From a virus: 64,000 nucleotides of DNA. Positions 27,301-36,179 of this stretch are shown one piece after another. The notes under the pieces are model-generated. The model was not told the DNA's origin and made no database searches. It worked only from the letters and a program-made list of their open reading frames with translations. The position numbers and the translations under genes were made by a program. Numbering within the stretch: the stretch's first letter is position 1; each line of letters begins with the position of its first letter. The DNA lies in IMG/VR virus record IMGVR_UViG_3300042691_053984, positions 68,859 through 132,858 of that record, one strand, 5' to 3'.

Positions 27301-28264
27301 TCAATCAATCTACGAGTTGATCAACCTAGTGCCAACAAGACGTTATGACGTCGAACTACCAGATAGTCAACTCGGATTTTTAAATCCCGAACAGGGTCAG
27401 CGTGCAGCCTTTGATCAAGGCTATTCATTTTTAACAGAACTACAGAAAAAAGAGATTTATAAAAATCATATTGTAAGCATGCTTCTTGAGCATTATCTAA
27501 AAATAATGACAGGAATATCAACTAATGACTCTGAATTTCAGTTCTTGTTTAAAGATAGAGGATGGATTGACTCAGATTTGATCAAACTTTTGACAGACGT
27601 TCACATTGAAAACTACGTTTCATCAAAAGACAAACATAGACCTCGTACGAGAGGAAGGTTATTTTTTGATTTTGAGAATTATGCAGGAACACTTGATCCA
27701 AATTTGTCAACTAGCGATGTCACTGCACTGTCTCATTACACCAATAATTCAACCATATCAAAAGCAATAACTGATGCAAAATCTTCACTTTTGACATTAT
27801 CAAGATCTCAGATAAATCCGTTATTGCACCAATTAAGTGTAATATCAGAGTTCTCAAGAACATTTTCAAATGTTTCAAATCCTTCTAAGTTAGAAGAATA
27901 CATTTTAACACCAAAGATATTCGATAGAATCTTTAATGTGATGATTGACACAAACGCATTTACGATAGACGAGCAATTAACCAGAGCAACCTATCAGGGA
28001 AATTCTGAACTTGATTCTCTTTTAAGGCAAGGGATTATAACCCAAGTTGAGAAAGATACGTCAAATCAATTTTTAAACGCAGGACAAAACATTCAAGTTC
28101 AACCGCAAAACCTTAATATAGTAGCCAATCCACTGACTGGTAATGCAGGTTCTCAAACACAAACAAAAGATTACGTTTTTGCAAAAAGAAATAGATCTGA
28201 AAACAACATCATATTTGAAAAATATTTTGTAGCTGTAAAAACTTTTTCCGAGGAAGAATTCTGA
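24347..28264 (+). CDS. Large hypothetical protein (1305 aa), probably structural
   Basis: Long ORF coupled to both neighbours; no recognised motif. Confidence 0.6.
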   Translation: MKDTFLISSQRSQVKTGNVETQPLPIILDDKNRLSADVSLNNVSYVVRRDETSQVTRGQSITSIVNDIKINNPILTTLRGENINRVDFDDANAVQQDQPIVSNDTISYSEYESLAGMSQSEPQIILLTDFKPIYSLQRLNENGVFFDKQNNIKKVKNHNIKHIIDFNKKISDKFETQLQNRVIDFNSKISHIENYLSFIKLVILESDNTNVFSKQILLSTTYDESYVPTNYSENMITSLEVKETLTPKLFLKNMGFDEEAVSENFLSTKIGFQFLTETKDAVKFHSPVLINLQDENKRNDSSKETIINKPINYYQFSDRLYLKDSSIPSLNFFRSYDPQDTEAIKNATPSQWSDGETVYGQPFYGFDVITPEAREYFSKLQTEFGSLQQNSFENLESDLAANIYDISKEFDMSNRLNLNETKVFLKTKFNYDVDLEEVKTSIFDSIFGYSGDDVATAAANTVKTSLGSVFSYQEGNIRVLPFEKKLPASLETSFVSGFSTNLARQKERIEQYAENLRLLIDNFSQAINKLNLLSIRDSNFSVSQLFYGDLINDLGLEYDNNTALNLSNSDKLIFSLFEWSFKDSYMSFLLFLYCIINDNNEKFRVVIEGQITKWITENVRYRLPSVSQETLSLQAFETVSTIRSLDFIAGSNNLLDVMYVTKFDLSEHLRNSPLIKSIKSRLMLPELQQIGQIGEATFYRNYPALKVAMSLFQSILKMIQTENPVNKYSFYGMFFSDGVDTSDGFFIGRKQSQYNGANVIQLMKNECLSVRTSVLCLLNVLKTLHVNCVNYKNFLNSLVSSTQYREISQIFSSDEKLINLLFDNRQHLSLIKNQFNLIKDSLVKPVTNIQNQSLSWESTSDLTTAPGQVQTDSSEIKSIDESLTGDRLYEILRAYLKEDVLSSHEATNLKIMTIGIPHKLFQNFLFDENARNTQRSRKNGLLTFEVYKVNQQHPDIILKPQMFTFEISRFPVMSDNLIQPVVRDSQSIYELINLVPTRRYDVELPDSQLGFLNPEQGQRAAFDQGYSFLTELQKKEIYKNHIVSMLLEHYLKIMTGISTNDSEFQFLFKDRGWIDSDLIKLLTDVHIENYVSSKDKHRPRTRGRLFFDFENYAGTLDPNLSTSDVTALSHYTNNSTISKAITDAKSSLLTLSRSQINPLLHQLSVISEFSRTFSNVSNPSKLEEYILTPKIFDRIFNVMIDTNAFTIDEQLTRATYQGNSELDSLLRQGIITQVEKDTSNQFLNAGQNIQVQPQNLNIVANPLTGNAGSQTQTKDYVFAKRNRSENNIIFEKYFVAVKTFSEEEF

Positions 28265-29991
28265 TGTCGCAACAAGGTTCAACAAATCCGTCAAGAGAAG
28301 TATCTGTGGCAGATGTTCCCGAGGTTAAAAATCTAAAAGTAAATTTTGTGTACAATTATTTTGTTCCCGATGAAAAATTAAATGAAGCAAGCGGAATTCC
28401 TGATAAAGTTGTTTCAAACAGATCAATACTATTTGACCCAAATCTTGAAAAATCTTTTACGTCTAGAATCCCAAGATATGTAGACATACAGTGGAAACCT
28501 GTTTTATCTCCAGGTGAACCAATCACTCCTTTTGAAGGTAATGTTATTGCCTCAAACTTAGATAAAATAATTTCAGAAGATTCTTTTTCAAATAAAAATT
28601 TTATTGGTGTCACTTTTCAAGACGCTGACATTGATTCTAAAATATTTTCAATGTTGTCTGGAACACTTGAGCAACTCAGATTAACTGAAGAAATTGATAG
28701 CGGTTTGAATTACGAACAATCATCTTTGGCATTAAGCAACTTGCTGCCAAACATAAGCAAAGACTTTGTCACAAATGGCCTTGTACAACCAACAAGATCT
28801 CATGGTGCGCGCTATTATTCAAACAATCCACAAGATTCACTAAATGAAGATGCTTATCTGTCGACCAAGATTCACGCATCTTTAGCGAAAGACATGATCA
28901 ATAGGATCATTACAGATCCTCAATCGTCATATGACGCAGACCTACACGACATATATTCACGAATATCAACAATAATTTCAAATACAAATTCCCAAAATTC
29001 AGATGTAACAATCCAGCCTATAAGACATCAAGTAATATCAAATTTAGGTGAAAATCCCAACAAGATGAAAATCGCAGGATTTGTCATAGACAAATATGAA
29101 TTACTAGATAATGGAAATTATCAAAGATTGGGTTCAATCGTCATTGAGAACCCATCAATCAATTCTCTAATAGATCCATTTATTAAATATGGAAAAACAT
29201 ATTGTTATTCGGTCAAAACCATATCAATGCTTACAATGGTGCTAATAGACAGAGATACTACAACGTTGGGACTGGCTGATATCCTGGTTTCATCAAAACC
29301 TGTCAAAAAATACGTTACGACCACAGAGACTTTGGCGCCTCAACCTCCTACTGATATTTTATTTTTTTGGGATTATGAAACAGACAAGCTTGTGTTGAGT
29401 TGGTCGTTTCCAACCAATCCTCAAAGAGATATTAAAAAGTTTCAAGTATTTAGACGTCAGTTTTTAACTGACGCATTTGAATTGATAAAAGAATACGATT
29501 TTAACGATTCACTCGTAAAGTCAGCAAATCTAGAATCACCAGAAAAAAGACTTGTTGAAACTAAAAATTCACCGTCAACAGTTTACATAGACGATGATTT
29601 CAAAAAAGACTCTGTTTTTATCTACGCGTTATGTTCTGTTGATGCGCATGGATTTACGTCTTGTTATAGTTCGCAATACAGGACGACATTTGACATCTTT
29701 AAGAATGAGTTAACATACGCCCAGATAAGTCAAAGTGGTGCCCCAAAGCAATATCCAAACATGTATGTAAGAGGTCGTGGGTTCACTAACGTGGGATATG
29801 TAAATGGGAATTATTCCAAAAGGGCGTTTTTGTATTTCACGCCTCAATTTTATCAGTTGAAAGAAAGAGACGGCAAGATAAACGACGTTGTTTCAACTAA
29901 TCAAAATGGTGGTTCATATAAGTTTCAATTTATAAATGTAGATAATCAAAAAAGCGAAATATTAAACGTCAAAATAGAAAATACGTTATGA
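28264..29991 (+). CDS. Hypothetical structural protein with a fibronectin type III-like domain
   Basis: APQPPTD...LVLSWSFP...FQVFRR...YIDD...YALCSVDAHG. Confidence 0.6.
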   Translation: MSQQGSTNPSREVSVADVPEVKNLKVNFVYNYFVPDEKLNEASGIPDKVVSNRSILFDPNLEKSFTSRIPRYVDIQWKPVLSPGEPITPFEGNVIASNLDKIISEDSFSNKNFIGVTFQDADIDSKIFSMLSGTLEQLRLTEEIDSGLNYEQSSLALSNLLPNISKDFVTNGLVQPTRSHGARYYSNNPQDSLNEDAYLSTKIHASLAKDMINRIITDPQSSYDADLHDIYSRISTIISNTNSQNSDVTIQPIRHQVISNLGENPNKMKIAGFVIDKYELLDNGNYQRLGSIVIENPSINSLIDPFIKYGKTYCYSVKTISMLTMVLIDRDTTTLGLADILVSSKPVKKYVTTTETLAPQPPTDILFFWDYETDKLVLSWSFPTNPQRDIKKFQVFRRQFLTDAFELIKEYDFNDSLVKSANLESPEKRLVETKNSPSTVYIDDDFKKDSVFIYALCSVDAHGFTSCYSSQYRTTFDIFKNELTYAQISQSGAPKQYPNMYVRGRGFTNVGYVNGNYSKRAFLYFTPQFYQLKERDGKINDVVSTNQNGGSYKFQFINVDNQKSEILNVKIENTL

Positions 29992-30080
29992 AAATGTTTT
30001 ATCAAATTAATTTAACTGATGGCAAATTTTTCGTATCTTATATACGTAAGACAAACATTACAAATAAGGTGTAAAAACAC

Positions 30081-30842
30081 ATGGGATTTCTTGATCATTC
30101 AACAAACAACATTATTCTTGATGCAGTTTTGACAGACGTTGGTAGACAGCTTCTGGCAAGAAATGACAACAGTTTTTCCATAAAAAAGTTTGCATTAGGC
30201 GACGATGAAATCAACTACTCAATTATAAAAAAGTACGGTAGAACAGTAGGAAGGGAAAAAATTGAGAAGAATACTCCAATTTTTGAGGCATTGACGAATC
30301 AAGAGCATGCGCTCAAGTATAAGTTGAATACAGTATCAAATCCCAACTTGAACAACCTCCCAAGGCTTCAATTGTCAGGTGGAAATGTTTTTGATGTAGA
30401 TGCGTTAGTTAACACAATAAAATTGAGTTTTGGATCGACTGATTTTGGCGGAGCATTTGGCAACATAGGCCCAAGGCCATCAACGTCAGTGTCAGTAACC
30501 GTAGAACAGACTTCGTACACCCAATCAAATATTGAACCCGAATTAAGAGACTCTGTGTTTACGGTAGACGTACCAGACATGCTTTGTTCAATTTCTGGTA
30601 ATACACCAAACATGATTGATTCTCAAAAACGTGCAACCTATACGATAAGAAGAATTGATGAGCAGAATTCATATGGTGGATCAAAGACAAGATTTACTAT
30701 TGCGGCAAAAAGTTTAACAACTTCAATTTTTCAAATCTATGGTACGCCTTATGGGAATAGCACTTACATACGTTCCTACATTCGAGTAACAGGTCTCCAG
30801 TCTGGATCTGTTCTTGACATAAATCTCGATATTTATAGATAA
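30081..30842 (+). CDS. Probable tail/baseplate structural protein
   Basis: LTDVGRQLLA...KFALGDDE resembles the N-terminus of tail-collar/tail-fibre attachment (DUF3751-type) domains. Confidence 0.6.
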   Translation: MGFLDHSTNNIILDAVLTDVGRQLLARNDNSFSIKKFALGDDEINYSIIKKYGRTVGREKIEKNTPIFEALTNQEHALKYKLNTVSNPNLNNLPRLQLSGGNVFDVDALVNTIKLSFGSTDFGGAFGNIGPRPSTSVSVTVEQTSYTQSNIEPELRDSVFTVDVPDMLCSISGNTPNMIDSQKRATYTIRRIDEQNSYGGSKTRFTIAAKSLTTSIFQIYGTPYGNSTYIRSYIRVTGLQSGSVLDINLDIYR

Positions 30843-30864
30843 GAAGATATTAGGATAACATCAC

Positions 30865-32100
30865 ATGGCAATTTTTAAAGACATAGCACCCTCTGACATC
30901 AAGACCGCAAGATCTTTTCTTAACCAGTTAATTGACGTCCTTCAGGAGGACATCAGCGGGTCAATCACGCGTAGAAAATATCAAGTGTTTGTAACTGGTG
31001 GAATTGGTCCTGGTGTCACAAGCTCCCTATATCAGACTGTCTATGATCAAGATTTTACTTTACAGACAGCAAATCCTGTGTTTGATATGACATTCGGGAT
31101 AAGACCTGGAGGAACAGTTGCATCAACGAGTCAGGTTGGATCTGACGCTTTTGGCAAAGAACTTTTTCCGTCTTCGTCAATGATGATGAGGGAAAAACTT
31201 GACATTTACAGGCAGTTTTCTCAAGCTCTTTTGGGAGACTCTTCTGCTGCATTTAAGGCACCGATGGACTCGACCACAACCTCTGACGTGATTGATACAG
31301 GGTTGTTCCTCGCATTCAAGAGACTGTTTGCAAGAGATCAGATAAAGAGAGAGACGTTTGCAATGCGTTTTTATCAATCTGCAAGTTACGTTAGTGTATA
31401 TGGAGGAGCAGATGCACCGCCAGCCGAGCATGCATACGGTCGTCCCAATCTTTGGGCAACGTCAACCACTGGTTCTACCATATACACTGACATTGGGTCA
31501 GCAAACAACAGATTGACACAAGTCGGTGGACAGTTTGGTTACATAGTAGATAGCGCAAACACCTCCAAAACAGTGGGATTGATGTTTTATGATCGTGGTG
31601 TTGCAGTGCTTGACCTTGCTAAGATTACATCCGGTTCACAATTTATGTCAGGTACAATTGACGCGATAAATCCGGTAGGAAATATTACGTTGGGAGGTGT
31701 TGGTACCGAGACAGAAGATAGGTCTAAGTTCATACCTGATTTTGTAGTCTCTGCATCGATAGACAATGTTATTGATCATATTGCAGGTTGTAGGTTTGGA
31801 TCAGGACCACAGTCAGCAATAACGTTCCAGAACGTCACAAATATAAACAGCACGTTGATTTTCTGTAGGGCGACGGCCGATGAATTTAATTATTCTACAA
31901 ATCCGACGTTCACAGACCAAAATGGCAAATTAGTTGTCATAGATCCAGGATTTGAAGATTCACAACAGACTTTTACCTTTGTGACGTCTGTCGGTTTATA
32001 CGATGGAAATAATCGACTGCTTGCAGTCGCAAAATTGTCAAGACCTGTTGAAAAATCACCTGAAAGAGATTTGACGTTAAGAATACGATTGGACTTCTAA
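30865..32100 (+). CDS. Probable tail/baseplate structural protein
   Basis: C-terminus FNYSTNPTF...VTSVGLYDGNNRLLAVAKLSRPVEK...IRLDF. Confidence 0.65.
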   Translation: MAIFKDIAPSDIKTARSFLNQLIDVLQEDISGSITRRKYQVFVTGGIGPGVTSSLYQTVYDQDFTLQTANPVFDMTFGIRPGGTVASTSQVGSDAFGKELFPSSSMMMREKLDIYRQFSQALLGDSSAAFKAPMDSTTTSDVIDTGLFLAFKRLFARDQIKRETFAMRFYQSASYVSVYGGADAPPAEHAYGRPNLWATSTTGSTIYTDIGSANNRLTQVGGQFGYIVDSANTSKTVGLMFYDRGVAVLDLAKITSGSQFMSGTIDAINPVGNITLGGVGTETEDRSKFIPDFVVSASIDNVIDHIAGCRFGSGPQSAITFQNVTNINSTLIFCRATADEFNYSTNPTFTDQNGKLVVIDPGFEDSQQTFTFVTSVGLYDGNNRLLAVAKLSRPVEKSPERDLTLRIRLDF

Positions 32101-32115
32101 TAAGGTCATAACCAC

Positions 32116-34641
32116 ATGTCGATCATTCCTGTCGTTCAAGGCGACTTAGAAACATTTAGCGTAATTACAAATCCGTTACGCACTTATTCTTCTTCGTCTC
32201 AAGGCGTAACAGGTTCGGTTTATGTTTTTTCGAGAAGAAGTCAACGAGAAAAAGATCTTGCGCCGTCTCCTGCGTTCATTGACTCTACTTATGATGATGA
32301 AGATATTAACGTATTTTTACAAGAATGCGTTTCAGCGGGAAAAATTGCAAAGCAATACACTGATTCCGGCGCCGAAGGCATTGAATACGCAGAAAATGCG
32401 ACAAAGAAATTTGGCTCATTAATGAGTCAATATCTTGACAAGATAAATAAGCAAGGCACCTCTGCTAGAAAGTTTAAATTTGTTGATGTGATCAGGTTCA
32501 CTCCGACCACAAGGTTTACGTCAAATACCGTCAGAAAATTAGTCGTTAAAGATGTATTAAATTCATACTACAAAACAAGACAACCGTCAGCAAATTGGGC
32601 GTATACAAACTATAATACCCTAAATTTTTTCAAATCAGAAACGGTTCCAGATAGTTCTGCGTTATTGTATCCAAATGTTGAAGGTCCGAGTGTTACTCGG
32701 CACGAAGGATACGTAACAGGAGCCTACAGTTTAAGCGGTTCGTTTTCATTTGATTTTTATATAAATCCCAGATATCAGCAGGCAGAGATTGATAGTGAAT
32801 TTAAAGCAGGAACAATTTTTCATCTGTCTTCAAGTTACGCATTATCATTAATTTCCGGTTCTGCAAAAGATCAAAACGGTCGTGCAACAGGATTCATGTT
32901 GCAACTACAACTCAGTCATAGCGCTGATATTTCACCGTCACAAGCAAATCAAGGTGTTTTCCCAAGAGACCTAGTCTTCAGGTCAAACGACAATTCATTA
33001 AAACTAAACAATTGGCACCATGTTGTGGTGAGGTGGGGAACAAATTTAATTAATGGTGGTTCTGGTAGTTTTAATATCGACGGCGTAGATGTTGGTGACA
33101 TTGTGATTCCATCAGGAACCATTTCTCCAAAGTTATTTAACATCTCTACCTCAGATCAACCGAGCGTTCTGTGTGTTGGAAATTATTGGGAAGGAAGAAA
33201 TTATGGTGCGTCTGCACAATCTACGTTCTTTGCAAAAGATCCCGCAGACAGAGATGGCCTTGTTGTGATTGAGCCTTCTACCGGAGTAGAAGAGCCTAAT
33301 TCATATGTTTTTGCGCATCCCTTAAGTGCTGAACTTCATGATTTATCGATCAAGCGTTATTACATGACAGATGAAGACATACGCGCATCTGCAGGCTTAG
33401 GTCCGTCTCAATTAGATGAAAGAATTGCGTTGTATATTCCTCCTTTTTTTACTGAAGAGTCACCGTTTAGAAAAATGGTAAATGACCATGGCGGTGTGAT
33501 GCAAACACCTTTTTTTGAAATAAACGGATCGACCAATGATCCATTTAACGTTGCAATGTCGTTTGGCGTAAATGGGCACTACATAAACATTGAAAACTAC
33601 GTAAGAGATTTTGCGAACAATTCGTATCCAAGGCTACATCACATGACCGGGTCTGTCATCACAGATTCAACGCAGGCACTCGAGGCAAATGACCACCTAT
33701 ATGGTGATCCATTCGTGAGGAGAAGAAATCTTCTTATTTTACCTTGTGACGATGGAAAGTTTTTTCCCGATTATAGATTGCTCGGTAATGAAGTTAGACA
33801 AAACATGTTTGTAAATGACGAAAAGGTGATCGATTTTAGCCTTGTTAGTTTGAACGACTTGCTGTCAACTTCGTCATTGATATTCGGCACAACTTTTTCT
33901 GACGTGGAAGGACAGTCCCTGATATCAGATGATCTTCCTGAGGAACTCATTGGTCCAACACCTGAAAACCCTGAAAAACCACCTGGCGAAGCTTTCCTAA
34001 ACTATCAAAGATTGGTAAATTACAATGTCTCAGCGGGCGCGTACGACCCAGGAATTCATTCCTCGGCTCCGCTAACCATCTATCAGAGGACGCTCGATCC
34101 GTCATCAAATCAGGTGACATTCTTTGACATCAGTAATCTTTTCTATGGAAAACAGATAAAACCTGGTAGTTTTGTCATCTCTGATTCAAACATAACGGGT
34201 TCCGGTGGCGCCATCAAGATGACGCTTAGGGACGATGGTTTGGGCAACATCTATCGTGCGGATTGCAAAACGCCAGCATCAAAATGGAACAGCTGTGGTA
34301 ACATATACTACAGTGAAGGTATCGTCGTAATTAAAAATCCGCACCTATACTTCTTTGGCAAGAACGATTTTGATATCTCGTTCCGCGGAGAACAGAACAT
34401 TCATACGTTAAAACTTGAGGTAATAGCCGCCTCAAATACATTGAACTCAAGCTCAAATCCCGGTTTCATACAGTTGCCTGCGTCTGGCATTGAGACCGAC
34501 ACAGATCCGAATTATGTTTACATCACCGGCCTTAATTTTCACGATGAAAATTTGAACGTCGTTGCAAAGACGCAACTGGCGCAACCTATCGTAAAAAGAC
34601 ATGGAGATAGGATTATGTTCAAGGTCACGCTCGACCTATGA
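32116..34641 (+). CDS. Probable tail/baseplate protein with a LamG/concanavalin A-like domain
   Basis: SFSFDFYINP...LNNWHHVVVRW...FNIDG; C-terminus YITGLNFHDENLNVVAKTQLAQPIVK...VTLDL. Confidence 0.7.
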   Translation: MSIIPVVQGDLETFSVITNPLRTYSSSSQGVTGSVYVFSRRSQREKDLAPSPAFIDSTYDDEDINVFLQECVSAGKIAKQYTDSGAEGIEYAENATKKFGSLMSQYLDKINKQGTSARKFKFVDVIRFTPTTRFTSNTVRKLVVKDVLNSYYKTRQPSANWAYTNYNTLNFFKSETVPDSSALLYPNVEGPSVTRHEGYVTGAYSLSGSFSFDFYINPRYQQAEIDSEFKAGTIFHLSSSYALSLISGSAKDQNGRATGFMLQLQLSHSADISPSQANQGVFPRDLVFRSNDNSLKLNNWHHVVVRWGTNLINGGSGSFNIDGVDVGDIVIPSGTISPKLFNISTSDQPSVLCVGNYWEGRNYGASAQSTFFAKDPADRDGLVVIEPSTGVEEPNSYVFAHPLSAELHDLSIKRYYMTDEDIRASAGLGPSQLDERIALYIPPFFTEESPFRKMVNDHGGVMQTPFFEINGSTNDPFNVAMSFGVNGHYINIENYVRDFANNSYPRLHHMTGSVITDSTQALEANDHLYGDPFVRRRNLLILPCDDGKFFPDYRLLGNEVRQNMFVNDEKVIDFSLVSLNDLLSTSSLIFGTTFSDVEGQSLISDDLPEELIGPTPENPEKPPGEAFLNYQRLVNYNVSAGAYDPGIHSSAPLTIYQRTLDPSSNQVTFFDISNLFYGKQIKPGSFVISDSNITGSGGAIKMTLRDDGLGNIYRADCKTPASKWNSCGNIYYSEGIVVIKNPHLYFFGKNDFDISFRGEQNIHTLKLEVIAASNTLNSSSNPGFIQLPASGIETDTDPNYVYITGLNFHDENLNVVAKTQLAQPIVKRHGDRIMFKVTLDL

Positions 34642-35030
34642 AAAGACCTCGTAGACGAAGAGGACACTACAAGCGGGGGTCTTATATTTCTCTCAAGTCT
34701 GGCAAGGAATTTAAGTTCAGGTCTGGGTGGGAAGCAAATTACATGATTCACCTGGACAAGGATGGAAGCGTGTCTGATTGGTCATATGAGTCCGTGAGCA
34801 TAGATTACGTAAGCAACGTCAGGACAGGCAGAAAGAGAAAATACTATCCTGATTTTATCGTTGAATATCTTGACGGTCGAAAGGAGCTGGTGGAGATAAA
34901 ACCAAAAAAAAGGTTGAATCAACTCACGGTGAAGAAAAAGATTGACGCTGCGACCGATTGGTGCTCGACGAATGCCTATACTTTCAAAGTTCTCACCGAG
35001 GTTGAGTTGAAACAGATGGGCGTGATTTAA
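34638..35030 (+). CDS. TnsA-N-like PD-(D/E)xK nuclease; T4 gp4-like head completion protein
   Basis: FRSGWE...WSYESVSIDY...YYPDF...LVEIKP. Confidence 0.8.
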   Translation: MKRPRRRRGHYKRGSYISLKSGKEFKFRSGWEANYMIHLDKDGSVSDWSYESVSIDYVSNVRTGRKRKYYPDFIVEYLDGRKELVEIKPKKRLNQLTVKKKIDAATDWCSTNAYTFKVLTEVELKQMGVI

Positions 35031-35052
35031 CGTGAATTTACTTCAATCGTAA

Positions 35053-35637
35053 ATGCCATTAGATATCAAGATGAACAAATTGATCATTGGGCTCGACGTA
35101 TCAACGTCAGTGACAGGAGTGTGTATCATAAATCCAGAATCCAGTCAGATCGTCGGTGGATCTCACATTCTCAAGATAGACAGGATTGAATTTAAAGGTG
35201 CCGATTCCTTGTGGAAAAAGGCAGATATGGTCTCAGGTGCCCTTGAGGAAATTAAGGGGATGTACCCAGGGTCGGAATGGAATTTTGCACTAGAAGAACC
35301 GCTCCTGGGCTTCCAGAAGGGAATGTCGTCGGCGGCGACAATCACTACCTTGATGAGGTTCAACGGAATCGTCTCCTACATAGGCAGGCGTGTGTTCTCC
35401 GTAGATCCGGTGTATATCTCTGCGGCCCATGCAAGGAAATTGTGTGGTATAAAGATGCAACGTACATCAGTCGCAGGAATGAGTGGAAAGGAACAAGTCT
35501 TTAAATACATGACAGAAAATGATCTGAGTCACGTTGTATGGCCGAAAAAAAAGAACGGTGCTGCGGTTGACTGGTCTCGAGATGCCACTGATGCTTACGT
35601 CATTGCGCGTGCACATTGTTTGCAAGTGAATACTTAA
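35053..35637 (+). CDS. RuvC-like Holliday junction resolvase
   Basis: IIGLDVSTSVTG; ALEEP; DATDAYVIA. Confidence 0.85.
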   Translation: MPLDIKMNKLIIGLDVSTSVTGVCIINPESSQIVGGSHILKIDRIEFKGADSLWKKADMVSGALEEIKGMYPGSEWNFALEEPLLGFQKGMSSAATITTLMRFNGIVSYIGRRVFSVDPVYISAAHARKLCGIKMQRTSVAGMSGKEQVFKYMTENDLSHVVWPKKKNGAAVDWSRDATDAYVIARAHCLQVNT

Positions 35638-35641
35638 TGTC

Positions 35642-36169
35642 ATGAATCATGATACGCGCCTCCTAAAAACCCTTATAAGAGAGTATCTCATAATCGAAGG
35701 ATACTACGACTTGAGCCGTATGAGACCAACACCCAGCATCAAATACGTCATTGATGAATGGGTGAGGTCAGGTAATAAGGCGTATGATCCTGACGAAACC
35801 TATCATGCTATGTATCCCGCGGAGGAAATCTGGCCATACAGGGAGTACTCATGGAGTTCAGAGACCGCAGCCGGACAAGATGTGATTGGTAAGGACATGA
35901 ATCCTTACCAAGACAAATGGCACTTTGTTCCAATGGATGATGAAGGCCTTGTTGTAGGTCGATCACGGTGGGATTTCATGGTGGAAGAGTTGAGGAAGAA
36001 AGGATGGAAACCAACTGACCCTCTGTACTTTGAAATCGGTAAGAACGGTGTTGCTAAGGTGGGGGAAGGTAATCACCGTCTTGCAATTGCAAGGGAACTG
36101 GACATGATGGTGCCTGTCTTGTTCTCTTTCAAACAACACGTCGAAAAATCACGTGCATCAAACGTCTAG
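35642..36169 (+). CDS. ParB/Srx-like domain protein with the N-terminal leader
   Basis: LRKKGWKP...VGEGNHRLAIA...VPV; N-terminus LLKTLIREYL. Confidence 0.7.
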   Translation: MNHDTRLLKTLIREYLIIEGYYDLSRMRPTPSIKYVIDEWVRSGNKAYDPDETYHAMYPAEEIWPYREYSWSSETAAGQDVIGKDMNPYQDKWHFVPMDDEGLVVGRSRWDFMVEELRKKGWKPTDPLYFEIGKNGVAKVGEGNHRLAIARELDMMVPVLFSFKQHVEKSRASNV

Positions 36170-36179
36170 GAAGTGCTAC

